Assembly (NCBI GenBank): GCA_039621445.1
Contig: CP154954.1
Span: 43,999,847-44,063,846, forward strand
Origin: Euglena gracilis
Taxonomy: Eukaryota
DNA length: 64,000 bases
Reading direction: 5' to 3'
Made by a program: the position numbers and the translations under genes. The stretch's first letter is position 1. Each line of letters begins with the position of its first letter. Positions 1 through 12,990 of this stretch are shown in pieces. The notes below the pieces were generated by a model, which was not told the origin of the DNA, did not search any database, and worked only from the letters and a program-made list of their open reading frames with translations.

Positions 1-189
1 TTTGTGTGTGTTGTGTGTGGTTGTGTCTGTGGGTGGGTGGGTGGGTGGGTGGGTGGTCGGGGTGTATGGTCTGCATGTGTGTGGATGCGCGGTTTGAAAA
101 TACCTTAGCACTGCTGAGCGTGCAAAACAAAAACATTGGCGCGGAAAAAAATATATGAGGATGCGGTGGAGATCAGCGGGAGGTTTGCT

Positions 190-853
190 GTGGGAGGTTG
201 GATTGCGTTTGGTTGGTCGGCCACGACCAACCGCGTTCAAAGAAAAATTATCTGGTTGGAATTTGGCACCCGCGGCGGTCAGCCGCCACCAGCCAGAAAT
301 CCAACCATGGACGTTGCTGGCAATGCAATGGTTGGAAATGAGCAGGCCGCGGCCAGCTGCGGCTGGACATGAGTCCAACCAGAGAGCTCCCTCAGATTGC
401 AATGTGTGGTCATATTTGCGTGATGAATTGGCCCCTGCTGGGCACCAGTTGCCCCAGACAGCCGCCCAAACAGGGGTGATACACATGGAGAACCCTCACT
501 CGGTGCCTTTGGCGCCTTGATTGGGTCCACCCATGTTGCCCTAGTTGGGTGGCTCTTTGCGTTTGCTGTGCACCTTGTGGAGACCAATGTAATAATGGAC
601 AGGTTCAACTGTTTTATTAGAATCCTAACCCTAACCCTATTCTCATCAATTGCGTAATTGCTCAACGATTGGTCGGCTGGGCTGGCTGCGGCTGGCCGCA
701 GCCGAAGGTGATCCAAACGCAGAAAAATGTATCTCCCCGTTGGTTGGAAAAGCAGCCGGCAGCGGCTGGCCACAGTCCAAACACCAGTCAGTTGAGATGA
801 AGAAGCTTGGGTGGCCCTGCCGCAGTCAAACAAATGTGAGCCAACCTCCCATG
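190..853. mobile_element. MITE-like element with GGGAGGTTGG...CCAACCTCCC ends, in a PPase intron, shared by both paralogues
   Basis: Inverted ends gtgggaggttgg / ccaacctcccat, internal ggccgcggcc and ccaacc repeats, and an internal cctaaccctaaccct tract. Homologous to about 38245-38923; its core recurs at 53105-53360. Confidence 0.55.
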
Positions 854-934
854 GCAACCCCCCCCCCGGAGATCAACCACAGTTGATTGTCTGTGATGTG
901 GTCCGGGGAGGAGGGTCACCCCCCTGGCTGGACA

Positions 935-3900
935 GCACCAGGATGTCGAGGGGGTCGCCGTCGCCGCACAGGGTGCGTGGGATGAAGCCGTAGTCGTACG
1001 GGTAGAACACCGCGGAGTGCAGCACACGGTCCAGCCGCACGCAGCCCGTCTCCTCGTCGAACTCGTACTTGTTGTTGGCCCCCTTCGGGCACTCGATGTA
1101 CGCCTGCACGATGTCTCGGGCACGGCGAGGCCCTCCTGGGACGTTACAGTCATGAGCAGGAGGAGCAGGTTTATCCGATGCGAGTGCTTAAAAAGAAAAC
1201 GACAGAAAGGACTTTCCAGATGAGGCAAAGGGCCTGGGGTCGAGGCAGAAAGCCGCTGCGAGGGAGCTACCCAAACGACATGGCTTGCCCAGCCGTGGGC
1301 CGGGAACATGTCGTATCGGGGGGCCTGCCCGGCGCGGGTCACGCCGAACAGGTCGCGGGGCGCGTGGTGGAAGTCCACTGGCGGCTGTTCGCAACGCTTT
1401 TGGACGCCTTCCTCCCCCTCCGTGGCGGCCTCCGACTTCTTGTGTTCGAGGTCGCCGCGCTGAGCACAGGTGCATTCATGCAAGGAACACCCCCCAAAAA
1501 CGAGGCTGGAGGAAACTGGCTTTACGCTGCCCTTACTCACCCACCAAAAACTATTGCATTATATGAAACGCACACAAGAACCAACGGCAGCACAATCTTC
1601 ATTGCGCCTTGGCAAAGTTGTCAGCTGAAAGTCTTCAGCTGACAAGCAACTGGCACAAGCCCACAACTTAGGCCTTTTGAGGACTTACCAGCAAGACAGC
1701 AATCATCAACGTTGAAGAAAATACTTTGGATTTTCTGTTTTTTGGGGGGCGATTTTTGTTACTTGGCCACCCGATGAGGCCCTTTGGGCGGTTGTTAACG
1801 AAAGGCGGGGAAAATCCTGACCTGATGCTTCCAATACAGACCCTCGCGGCAACTTCCAAAGGGCAGATTATAGCCTCGCGAGGATGACAACCACTTCCGG
1901 GGGGGGGGGGACAAACCACCCCTTCAGGAAGGCTGTCAGGGGCGGCGGGCGAGGTACATCTGGCGGGAGTCGCGGAGGTCCTGCAGGGCTCGCTCGCGGC
2001 CGTGGAAACCGCTCACCTTGGCCCACTTCACGTGGCCGGGCTTGGACTCCAGCCGCTTGTAGTTGGCAAAGAAGTGCTGGATCTCCCGCATGCAGTGCGA
2101 CGGCGGCAGGGCAGGATGGGTGGGCGGGGGGGGGGGGTTGGAGCAGGCTGAATTCGACCAACACTGGGGGGGGGGGTCAGAGAGCCAGCGGGCCGGCAAG
2201 CACTTCCCCCTGGCTGCCTGGGGGGATCGGTAGCTGCCTGGTCGTGGGCCAAAATATTTCAAAATGGGCCTTTTCTGGGCTTTCGGCGCCTTCCGCTTCA
2301 GAGTGCCAGGCACTTTGGGTGGCGGCTCTACCCGTCCCCAGGCGTCGGATCTGGGTGCCTTGGAGTGCCTGTCCAAGCAGACACATTGGATGTACCGATT
2401 TTTGAAGATTTTTGTGGTAAAATATTACCACCCTTGCAAGAAATCATTTTTCGCGTATGTTTCTTCGATGCATTCGGAATGACCGAATTCGCGGTGCCGA
2501 GGAAGCTCGTAGCCCATTGGAGGACCCACAGTCGGTTGCAAATGGTCCCACTTCTTCCTCTGGTGGTAGAAGCAGGTGCAGGACCAAGCGAGGGGAAAGC
2601 CGGTGCTTCCGCCTGCGGCGGCGGGGGTCCGGACCCTGGGCGGGAGATCGGGCAGGTCCCGGATCGTGTCAGAGCGGGGGTCCTTGTGGACCACCGCCAG
2701 CAGCTTCTGGTCCTGGGCAGGCAAGGTCCTGGCCACCCACCGGGCTACACACCGCTGAATGTTAGGGTTGTTGTTGGGGGTTGTTGGGGACAGTGGGTGA
2801 GGGGGGCACGAGGGCTGAACGGGGACCCATCACGTCGCAGAGAAGTGGCACGGGTGTGGACGGAGGGGAGGGGAGTCTCCCGTTAAAAAGGGAGGGGCTC
2901 CTGCACAGGGCCCAGGGGCCTGGCCCTGCCCCTTCTCGTCCTCCATGTCCATCACTCCGATGATGCGGGCATCCGCCACGACGCCCGGCGTCAGGGGGTA
3001 GTTGGACAGGATGAGCACGTCGATTGGTGCCGAGGGCACCGCTCAACGGAGACGCTGGCCGGGAGTGCATAGCAGACAGTCTTTCACTGGCAGTATGTGT
3101 GTGTGTGTATGCGTGTGTTTAAGACATTAAATAAAGCTAACGTTTGGGGATCATTCAGTTTGCAAAATGGCATTAAATGAGGTAAATCAAGACGGTTTTG
3201 AGACATAATCTTTTGTCTTTTGTCCCTCCAGTTTCCAGAAATGAAAACGCTTTTGAGCCTTCATACAAATAATGCAGAGGATTCAACCTGCAGCGCCTTC
3301 AAAAAACATAAAGAATGAGAATTATGAATTACAGGAAAAAAAGAAAAAGAAAAGGCACCAACAAGAATAAAATGCCCAGCAAACGAGGTATTCTTTGGCG
3401 GCACATCTCGCACTTAAGCTTTTTCTCTTTGTTAATGTGCACTAACGCATACATGGACATCTTTTTTAACAAAAATGACAAGATATGGCCCCAAAAACCC
3501 AAAAATGTAGGCAGGATGTGCTGTGCCAGGACGAGGAGATGGAAGCTGGGGCTTTGGCAAATAGTAGTGCATAAGAGCAGGTGTAACCGCAGCATATGAT
3601 ACACACAACGTCCAGCAGGTGTGTTTTGAACAATGGCTGTCTCGTTAACAGGATATTGACTGAATGATTTGGTGAGCTGTGCCTAAGCCTGAAGCGATAC
3701 CCTGCAACTTAGCTGTTTGAGAAATTGGCGGTCGGTGTGGGCAAATGCGCAAATGGGCGGTGTGCGCAAATGCGCACACCAACCGTTTGTGTAAGTGTGA
3801 AAAGGACCATGTGTGCCAGCTGCAATTGATATCTTTGCAAAATTGTACAAGCGTCTGGCTTGTGCAAATGCGAAAAACAGTCTGTTTGGTGGGTTGGCTC

Positions 3901-5920
3901 ATCTGCACACAACACCCACTTGTGCAACTTAACACACGTACCATTTGGAGGGTGTGGCACCACTGCACTTTGGAAATCCTTACGTGCGAGGTATTCTGCA
4001 AAATTTACAAATTTACACAATAGGACGGCCAGCCTGCGGGCCCGAATTTGGGCATCAGCAATTGAAGCTGTGAAAAACCATTCTTGGACCCTGAAACATC
4101 AAAACAAACGACATTTTCAGGTTTTATCCTGAAAAAAACTAATATTAGAAGTGCCCTTCACCCCCAGCATTTTAGTCCAAAAATGAGGTACAGTACATTG
4201 GCTGAAAATGGATGTGTATGCTGACTTGAAAACCCCTGTGTTCAGGGTGCGACATAATGCAATACACTGACACGCTTCATTTGACCTCCTCAAGTACACC
4301 TACAACACCCTGTTTCGATCCTTCGTCTCAGAAGTCACGGTTGCCAAGGCTTCAAAATGAATAGGAATTCTGGTTGGTGCCCACAATTGTGAAAAGCAAC
4401 CATTTTAATGGTTGATGCGCGCATTTGCGCACACCAAGCCCAAACATACCAGCAATTCAACAAAGGGGGTCCAGCACCACAGGAATACAAGGGAGGTAAA
4501 ATGTGTGTCACATTCATTTTCCAACTCCAAACACACTGCCATTGGAGGCTCTCAGTTGGTTTGAAAATGGTTGGTCTGTGCAAATGCGCACATCGTCCAT
4601 GTGTGCATTTGAGCACAGCCACGGAGCCTTAAACAGCAGCAGGGCATTGATGGGCAACTTGCCACTGAATTCAACAGAAAACTGGTGGCAATCCTCCTGT
4701 GTTCTTTATCCCCCTCATGAGACCCCTGTGGCAGAATTCTCGAACAGTCCATTGTTTATGTTGCATGTGCACTTCCACTCCTTTCGTGGCTAACTTCAAA
4801 ACCCCCACAATGTGCCGCAAAACTTCAGAAAGCAAGCAAAGAGGTGGGTGGACCTGCCACCCCACCTCCAGAGCACCACCTGGCGCTGGCAGTTGTCACA
4901 CAGGGAATGGGGGGAGGTGGCACCGGGATTTTGGTGTTTTTGTCGGTGTTTTTTTCCACTTTGAGGGGGGGTAGGTCCGGGGGTTTTCGTGTCATTCTGA
5001 CCTCAAAAAAAACAGCAAAAAAACACGTAATTCCCAGGAAAGCCAGTACCCAAAATGAGAAATCGCTCATATTTGTCCAATGCTTCTGCCTCTCACCCTC
5101 ACCACTTGCAACGCCGGTGGTGTGCGAAAATGCGCACATCGACCTAAAAAAGCTTAAGTGCGAGATGCGCCACCTAAGGTATTTATCCCAAATGGCCAGC
5201 GAGTTGGCCAGCAGTGACCTCGAAGGGTCGCCATCGCCGCACAGGGTGTTGGGGACGAAGCCGTAGTCCCCGGGGTAGAACACGGAGCTGTGCAGGACGC
5301 GGTCCAGGGTCAGCAGGCCCCAGTCCTTCTCCAGCTCGTACTTGTTGGGGGTCACCGGGGGGGCCGGCGGTGCAAAGGGGAGGAGGGTCCCCCAACCCTC
5401 GGGCTTCTGGTCTGAAGAGCTCTTATTGCAGTGCTTGCTGTGTTTGGCCCAAGGGTGGCCAAGGGTGGCGCCACCGCAATACATTCCTCAATTTTGAAGA
5501 TCAATTCCCCTCTTTGGGCTTGGCTGTTCTGTGCTCTTTCCAACCCCCCAAAAATGGGCAAGCTCAATCCCATGAATGGGGAGGGCACACCCCGGAAAGC
5601 ATGGGAAGGGAACCTACTTGGAGAAAAGGGATGCCGAAAAAAGCCTCCATTCACAAGCACCACGAACCAAATATGATCCAACCACCCGGGACCCGGGGGA
5701 CCACTCCATGCCACTCAACGTTGGTCCATCCTCCAAAGACAACCGGCCTGCTCTCGGTGGCACGGCCGCCCCCCGCCCCGAATGGCACCTCCACGAACAC
5801 GGGCACGATGTCCTCCTGCGGGTTCTGCGGCAGCGCCTCCAGTACCGCGCTGTCGATGAGCATGTGGCCGTGGCTGGTGGACCGGTCGGAGCCCGTGTAG
5901 CTGGGGTGGTGGGTCGGCAT
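935..5920 (-). CDS. ppa: Multi-domain soluble inorganic pyrophosphatase (family I), paralogue 1; spliced, 3' part continues beyond the left window edge
   Basis: ATG at 5920. Approximate exons: 5920-5777 (MPTHHPSY...VFVEVPFG), 5352-5225 ([43 protein letters not shown]), 3024-2925 ([33 protein letters not shown]), 2712-2642 ([13 protein letters not shown]), 2095-1942 ([14 protein letters not shown]), 1470-1295 (linker), 1125-935 ([28 protein letters not shown]...DGDPLDILV). The NKYE, YPxxYGF and DGDPxD motifs are those of family I PPases. Confidence 0.9.
3394..5176. mobile_element. Non-autonomous hAT-like DNA transposon in a PPase-1 intron
   Basis: About 28-bp TIR (ggcggcacatctcgcacttaagcttttt / aaaaaagcttaagtgcgagatgcgccacc). 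8-bp TSD aggtattc/aggtattt. Absent from paralogue 2. No transposase motif seen. Confidence 0.8.
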
Positions 5921-6233
5921 GGCAGGGGTGGGACCAGGGAGGTCTGGGGGTCGGAAGGGGGGGCCCATGCCGGCAGCCACCTACACCACACCCACGGATG
6001 CGGTGCGCAAGGGGGGGTTGAGAGTTACTGAGTTAGAGTTCACCATTCTGGGGTGATAATTCCAACCCACGTACATCAGAAAAAGTGAAATTGTCTCCAC
6101 TCCGCCGGACGGCAAATACCTGTGCATAGATGTGGTGCCCGCCATTCAAATCTGCATGCTGGGGTTCCCAGTGAAGGAGAAGCACCACATCACAGCAATG
6201 GGTGTAGGCCATCACACCACATTCATGAATGTA

Positions 6234-6606
6234 ACCCCCCCAAAAAAATAAGCCCCCCCCCATAAATAAGACCCTTCCTGGCTGGTCCGAGCAAAAATCC
6301 ATGAAATGAACCCCCCCATAAATAGACCCCCCCCCTGCCGGCGCGAAGCGCTGGATTTTTGAAAAAATGGGGCATTTTTGGGGATATATCTGCCATTTTT
6401 GAACAATTTTCACACAACTCAGCATATTTTCTCCTATTGTCTGGCACGAAGCGCCGAATTCTTCGACAATTGGTATTTTGGGGGGCATTTTTTTGGACAT
6501 TTTGGGGTGTCCAAAAACTTTTCCAGCAAAAATCAATAAAATAGACCCCCCCCATGAATAAGACCCCCCTCGGGCTTTCCAGCAACCGACCCATAAATTC
6601 CTATTA

Positions 6607-6650
<44 letters not shown>

Positions 6651-6723
6651 TATATATGTATATACATATATATATATATATATGTGTATATATATATATA
6701 CATATATCCTATTATGGGGGGTT
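6234..6723. mobile_element. TA-flanked MITE (ACCCCCC...GGGGGGTT ends) containing a (TA)n microsatellite
   Basis: Absent at the paralogous site (attcatgaatgcaggtgtagtc, about 54450-54471). TA on both sides. Internal ccccataaataagaccc repeats. (TA)n at 6609-6706. Confidence 0.7.
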
Positions 6724-7759
6724 TAGGTGTAGTCATCCCACCCCCAATCCCACACCACAAACAGACGCATTCCACCCAACAAATAGACCCAAGCCCATTG
6801 CTTATCAATCTGCGGGTGGACACGCACCGTACTGGGCCTCACTGGGCAAACAATACCAATATTTCCGTCCAAATATCAGGAACCTCTAACACAATATGCA
6901 ACCCAGCCCATGATGCAACCGTCAATAGGGCCAAACGGAATGCCGGCACCCCACTCAACAACCAGGGTGCTAACCAGGAAGTTTCATTTTCTGACAAGGA
7001 AAAAAATGCCAGGACAGTGCCACCAGCTATGGCACTTGATCCTTCTAAAATGAAGATCTGTAACCAAATGCGGATTAACTGTTGGCCACAGTTAATCCGC
7101 ATTAATCTGTTAATCCGCCACAGTTTATTCGCATCCGCCACGAGAGGCACAGCCCTCTCGTGGTGGGAACTTCAAATCCTTCAGGATTCTGGCACTTCCA
7201 ATGGTGCGCACCCCTGGCAAACTCACAAGTTCACGCATTGGGGGAAGGATATGAAAATCCAATGTGGTCCAAAAGGCTGCCCCTGGACTCGCTGGCACTG
7301 GTTCAGTTGGATTTACCTCAAAACCGAAGGGCTTTTCAACCCTGCAGGAATCCAGCTCGTAAATTCGAAAATTTGGGCCGGCTGGAAAAAGCTGGGCTGA
7401 CCCCATAGTTGGGTTCGAAGAGGGTAAAAAAAAATTGTGTTTCTTGTTTGTTTTGTGTTCAGTTTCGAAAAAAATGCCCCCAAAAACTGCCAGTTATACA
7501 AAAAAAAAACCCGAAAATTGCCTGGGTGGCCTTTCACAAGCCACTTTTTGCCCATTTGGCAAACTTTTTGCACCTCGAAAGCAAGCAATGTGTTGCCGTC
7601 CATCCAGACATCCTTGGAAAATAAATAAAACTTGTCAATGGGGGGAGGGGTGTCCGAGGCTGGAAAAAAGGCTGCACTTAAGCAACGGCCCACCATCCAA
7701 AATGCCAAAAAAAGGGGTGAACTTGACCTTACAATTTTCGCCCTTGGACAGCCTTTTCA

Positions 7760-10130
7760 CCTGAGGGAGGTCCTTGAGGAGCTGGGTCCTGGGCAAAAAA
7801 AATGCAGTTCCAGGGTTTCCGGTCAGCCCTGGGCCTCCCCGAAGACTTTCTTCGCCTTCAGGCTGCCCTTCTTCTCCATCCCCTCCAAGAACTTGGGGAG
7901 AGGGCCCCCGCCTCGGAAGGCTGGCCAGCCCCCCCCCACCCCCCCCCACCTATCCGCAGCTGCAGGCAAGAACGTGAGGGCCTCCCCCTGAAAAAGGCGA
8001 CCTGACCCCGTCCCCCCCCCCACCACCACTGGGTTGGCTGATGGGGGGGGGGGGATGTCCATAGCGGTCCGCGGCCCCGCCTTCGGGACCCACAGCCATT
8101 TCAAAGTGTCCGCCGGGGTCCAACCCAAACCCCACCTCCAGCGGGAGGGGGCCCTCCGCGGAGCCCATCAGCGCGGTGCAGAATGCCGGGACGGTCAGCG
8201 CGTCCCCGGCGGCCAGCGGGTGCAGCGCCTCCAGCAGCTTCTTGTCCCAGTCGGCAGGGGTGTCGAGGCCGGTGTGCTCATACAGGTCGACTGTCGGCCC
8301 GCTGGTGCCCAGGGGTTCCCCACGTCCCCGGCCCCACAGGTGTGTGTACCCACACCGCTGCATGAAAGCCTTGTGTCATGTGCCATAAGTGGGGGTTGGG
8401 CCTGTATGGCCGGGCACCGAGGTTGTCTTTCACTTGTAAACAGGGGGCAGCCCAGACGCACCACACCACACCGCACCGCACTGCACTGCATCGCACCCAG
8501 GGATGGATGGGAAGCCTTGAGGGGGGGGTCGGACCCCCCCCCTCCTACATCGAAACTGAGGAGGGGCCGAAAATTTTTCGATTTCATGGACGGGGAAAGG
8601 GCCGGAAATCGGGTCGAAATCGGTCAAAAATCCGTGATTTTTCTTTGAACATCGATCCAAAAATGCTCATTTTTTGAAATTTTTTGAACATTTTTGGGGG
8701 AAAAACACCAACACATCAAAAAATGGGCAATATGTCCAATATGTCCAAAAGTCAGCAAAAGGGGTATTTTTTGCTCATTTTCCGGCGCACAGCACCGGAA
8801 GAAAAATTTCTGCTATTTTTGGCACCTGTCAAGGAGGGGGGGTGGGGGGTCTGGACCCCCCTCCCAACATCTAGGGGGTGGGGGTCCGGACCCCCCCCCC
8901 TACCACCTTACCCCCCCCTAGGGGGGGGGGGTTGGGACCTCCCTACCACCTACCTCAATACCGAAGGGCTTCCCATCCATCCCTGATCGCACCATACTTG
9001 TGGTCAATCACGGGAGGTTTGTCGGCCAGAGGTCAGGTGGTTGGTTGGGTGTCTGACCCTGGCCCAACCCAAAAAAAAACTATTTTGGCCCACGGCCCAA
9101 ACATTTTTCATCTTGTGGCCCCCTGCACATCGTTTTGATGGCCTTGGCTGACCCAGCAGCAACTACCTTCTGGCGTTGCATTGCGCGCTTTGCATTCCTG
9201 GATCTGCATTTTGTGGTGTGGTGTGGTGTCTGGTGTGTGGTAGTGTGTGTGTGTGTGTGTGTGTGTCTGTGTCTGTGTGTGTATGTGTGTGTGTGTGTGT
9301 CTGTGCGTGTGTGTGTGTGTGTGTGCGTTGCGTGCGTGTGTGTGTGTGTGCGTTGTGTGTGTGTGTGTGTGTGTGTGCGTTGTGTGTGTGTGTGTGTGTG
9401 TGCGTGTGTGCGTGCGTGCATGCGTGCGTGCGTGCGTGCGTGTGTGCGCGCGTGTGCGTGCGTGTGCGCGTGCGCGTGCGCGTGCACGTGCGCGTGCGCG
9501 TGCGTGTGCGTGTGCGTGTGCGTGTGCCTGTGTGCGTGTGCGTGGCGTGGCGTGGCTTAGCGTGGCGTGGCGTGGCGTGGCATGGCGTGGTGTGGCGTGG
9601 CGTGGCGCGATGTGGTGTGGTGCAGTGCAGCGCGATGAGGTGCAGTGCAGTTAGGAAATCATTTAGGGGCCCAGTTGTCACGGAACAAAGGCGGCCCAAG
9701 CCTTCCACGATGGCCACAGCCTCCTTCACGGACATCTCCTTTCGCTTCTCCACACCATACTTCTCAAACGACTTCTGCAGGTACTTGCTGATGGATGAGC
9801 CGCTGTGCAAGTCGGCCCCAGGGCAGAATGTGGGGACTCAAAGCACTCTGCCCAAAGCCGAGGCCACACAACATGGAGTAACACGCCATGTTGGGAGGAG
9901 GTGTTTTTTTAAGACCGGGGGGCGGTGGGATATACTTTTCGGCACCGAAAATTTTGAAAGAAGTGCTATTTTTAGCATTTCTCGTAATTTTTGGGCACTT
10001 TCAGGGAAATTTGAGTGGATCCTCCAGGACCCCCCGGGTCCAAGGATAAAAAAAAACCCCTGGTTGGGAGGAGGGAGACCATTGATGCAGCCCTGCCTCA
10101 AGTCAGCCAGCGACATCGTGCGCAACAGAG
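7760..10130 (-). CDS. Exons of an unidentified spliced host gene, possibly with a degenerate EF-hand-like segment
   Basis: GC3-rich exon-like blocks: ~10130-10085, 9820-9690 (SKYLQKSFEKYGVEKRKEMSVKEAVAIVEGLG), 8310-8135 (DLYEHTGLDTPADWDKKLLEALHPL..., GT donor), 7925-7830 (PKFLEGMEKKGSLKAKKVFGE), 7785-7762 (TQLLKDLPQ, GT donor). Start and stop not located. Confidence 0.5.
8498..8985. mobile_element. hAT-like MITE
   Basis: 19-bp perfect TIR cagggatggatgggaagcc / ggcttcccatccatccctg. Perfect 8-bp TSD atcgcacc (8490-8497, 8986-8993). Confidence 0.9.
9212..9650. repeat. Compound microsatellite (TG)n/(TGCG)n/(GGCGT)n
   Basis: Directly visible tandem repeats. Confidence 0.95.
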
Positions 10131-12221
10131 GGCGGCCCAAACGAAGCCGGGTTTAACGTCGATGTCTGAGAAGAGGAAGGCGGGATGGATGGGGGGTGGG
10201 GAGGGAGGGTTTTGAACTGGCTCCCAGGCAACAGCGTAGCACAGGATGCAAAACTGACGGTGTTGCATTTCTTTAATGTCCGGTTCCCCAGAGCCAAATC
10301 TCTCTGATTCCCAGAACGTGGAGAGGCAGGACCAAAGTGGTTCAAAAGCACCCCCCCCCCCACAGAGGGTGGGAGGCATGGATACTTGCTGAGGACCCCA
10401 GCAATGATTACATTGATTTGCGGACGACAACATTTCTGCATTCCTGGGATTGTTTCACTCTGAGAATGCTGGATTTCCAGGCTGACTCTCCGGCTGGGTG
10501 TTGTGGAAACAAGGCAGAAACAAAGGGGAATGGCCCCACAAAAACGAAGCAGGAAATTGTCGCACAGAGGCCTAACTTAGGAGGCATAAACTGCCCATGA
10601 TAAAATTGACTGAAGTGCCACCCAAAACGCCAGAAAAATACCGCAAAAAAGAGCCAAAATTCTCGAGTAACGCATCAGATTGAAAAATTTACACCCATTT
10701 TGGCTGCAGAACTAATGAAGCGGAAAACCGCTTCATTGATTTCCGAAATTTAATTTTTACCAGAATTACAGGTAAACGGGATCCAGCAGAAAAATGATGA
10801 AAAAGATACTAAAATCACAACCAACGAACGATGACCCACGTCCGTAAGACACAGAGGTGGGGAAACTGAATATATACGTAGCAATAACTGCATGTAAGGA
10901 AGACAGCCGCATACGAAAGAAAAAAACGGAAAATCTATAATGAAGCGTAATAACGCTTCATCGACACCCACAGCCGTGATATTCCGCGGCGTGTAACCGT
11001 TTCAGATGCAGCAGTATCGCATGCACTTTTAGGACACGCCTGATAAAAAGGAGGAGAGACCACGTGATCCACTCTGCCTTGGTGTCGGTTCTTCCTGTGG
11101 GCTGCCGGGGCCGCAAGCGGCGGAAGCAGGCACCCGGCAGCCCCGTGGCTCCCCGCCTTGCACTGACTGAGACAGAACGTTTTTCGGCTTAAACTGCATA
11201 CGGAGCGAACATATGACATTCGCGGTGCAGGTTACGGTTAAGTGGTTGTATTATACGCGCAACACATGCGTAGGTCCAGTTAAAAGCAGTAACTGAACAC
11301 GAAGGAAGCGGTTTTACGCTTTCTTTGCACATAATTGACAAAATTTCACAAAAAGGGGAGAGACTGGACCGGGTCCAATTCACCTCCCCGGACCCCTGAA
11401 CGGTGCCCGGCCGTCAGGGGTTCGGTTACGGCTTTTGCTGGACCAGGCAGGCGATCGTACAGCCCAGGCTCCCCACCCAAGGCGGCACACAAAAGTTACC
11501 TAGCATACGATGTGTCTTGTGAAATGAACTTCATGGTTCAATCAGACGTTAAACGGTTAACAGCATCGCGCACCGCATTGAAACCTTTTGTGGCGGGCCT
11601 CAGAATGAAGTGGTTGATTACACAGGAAGCGGTTTTACGCTTCATTTTAAGAATGTTCAATGTCACTCGCGAGGTACTTAACTGTTTACCGGTTGCATGT
11701 ACCATCAACAGCATAACAGTACTACAGTTAGTATCCACCTTGAAGAATGCGGTTAATGCGGTGGACTGAAGCCAAGACTGGTTCGCTGCTACTCGTTGTG
11801 CGAATACCTCATCGATCAGTACGTCACTTGAGCTGCGTTCATCGAGTCCGTGAGAAGTCCTCTGCAGACATGACCTTGACGGAGTTTTTATGTGGAGAGT
11901 CTGCAACAGGACGATTTTATTTCCCCAACAAATGAAAATGAAGCGGAAAACCGCTTCGCCTACAACTGGAATCGCGATGATGTCTGGTCATACCGAGTTT
12001 GTGACCACAAACTACTGAACAGTCCAATCCTCACGCATTTAGGTGTTTTAACTGAACGTGGTCTGTGGGCTGCCGCTGGCAATGGCCAGCAAAGGCCGTA
12101 TGTGGCGGGGACTGCCCACCCCCTCCACGTACTGTCTGTGGTTCCCTACCAGTGACAGCCTCCTTTTTGCTATCTCTGGAGTGAGCGGAAATCCGCTTCC
12201 TTCACACGTACCGCGACGTGT

Positions 12222-12508
12222 GGGTAGCGACTGTGATCACGCAGGCAGTCGTCTTCGTCAGCACAGAACATGTCTTTACTTTGGTGATCGACATTACTTT
12301 GGTGTTTGTTCTCTGGGGAGCTGCGGAGTAACATTGGCGTGGACAACTGCAGAAACACAGAAGACGCTTCTATACCGAGATCAAGATACTACATACAACC
12401 GCGACTGTTTGCGTTTCATTGCTGAGTCCGCAGGGTTGAGTAGTGACTGTGATCACCGCAGGCAGTCAAGCATACGTGGGTAGTGACTGTGATCACGCAG
12501 GCAGTCGT
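12222..12508 (+). repeat. Three ~30-bp direct repeats GGGTAG(C/T)GACTGTGATCACGCAGGCAGTC upstream of the transposase gene
   Basis: Copies at about 12222, 12439 and 12478. Homologous copies in element B at about 26272, 26430 and 26468. Confidence 0.8.
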
Positions 12509-12990
12509 ACTGAAAAAAACACGCAGTTATTTCAAATTGCGCCAGACTGGGAAGCGTTTTTGCGCTTCATAACAGAAAAGCCAGAAAAAATGCTAAAATC
12601 CAACCCTACATTTCTAAATCGCGAGGTTTCTAACCGACGTAAACTGGCAGTTGTACCACCAACCACATCAATTCATCACAAGTTCCCAGGTAATCGTGTT
12701 TTGGGAAGGATTTTACCTGACATCGCGCTCTGGATGCGCCCAATTTGAGTGAACAACGTCCTGTTGCACCCCCCGTTTCAAAATCAAAATACCCTTACGA
12801 AATAGCACCAGAAAAATACCACTACAGTACGTATGAAGCGTAAAACCGCTTCATATGTAACATTAAACGTAAATTTACGAAACATATTGTATTTGATGTT
12901 ATATAAACATGAGATCATACAAGGAAGCGGTTTTCCGCTTCCTGTCGTATCAGAATACAAACAGTATCTGTCCATTGAAACAGAGAACAC

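Larger units (their letters stand above)
1..6850 (+). repeat. Tandem segmental duplication: 1-6850 is homologous to about 38060-54610 (PPase gene plus upstream region)
   Basis: Colinear similarity in both exons and introns: 1-3390 ~ 38060-42710; 5185-5580 ~ 43081-43480; 5570-6230 ~ 53821-54460; 6725-6850 ~ 54462-54610. The copies differ by copy-specific insertions. Confidence 0.92.

Noticed and set aside
12222-12508. 30-bp repeats as a mini CRISPR
   Set aside because: Only three copies, with very unequal spacers (about 190 and about 10 bp).
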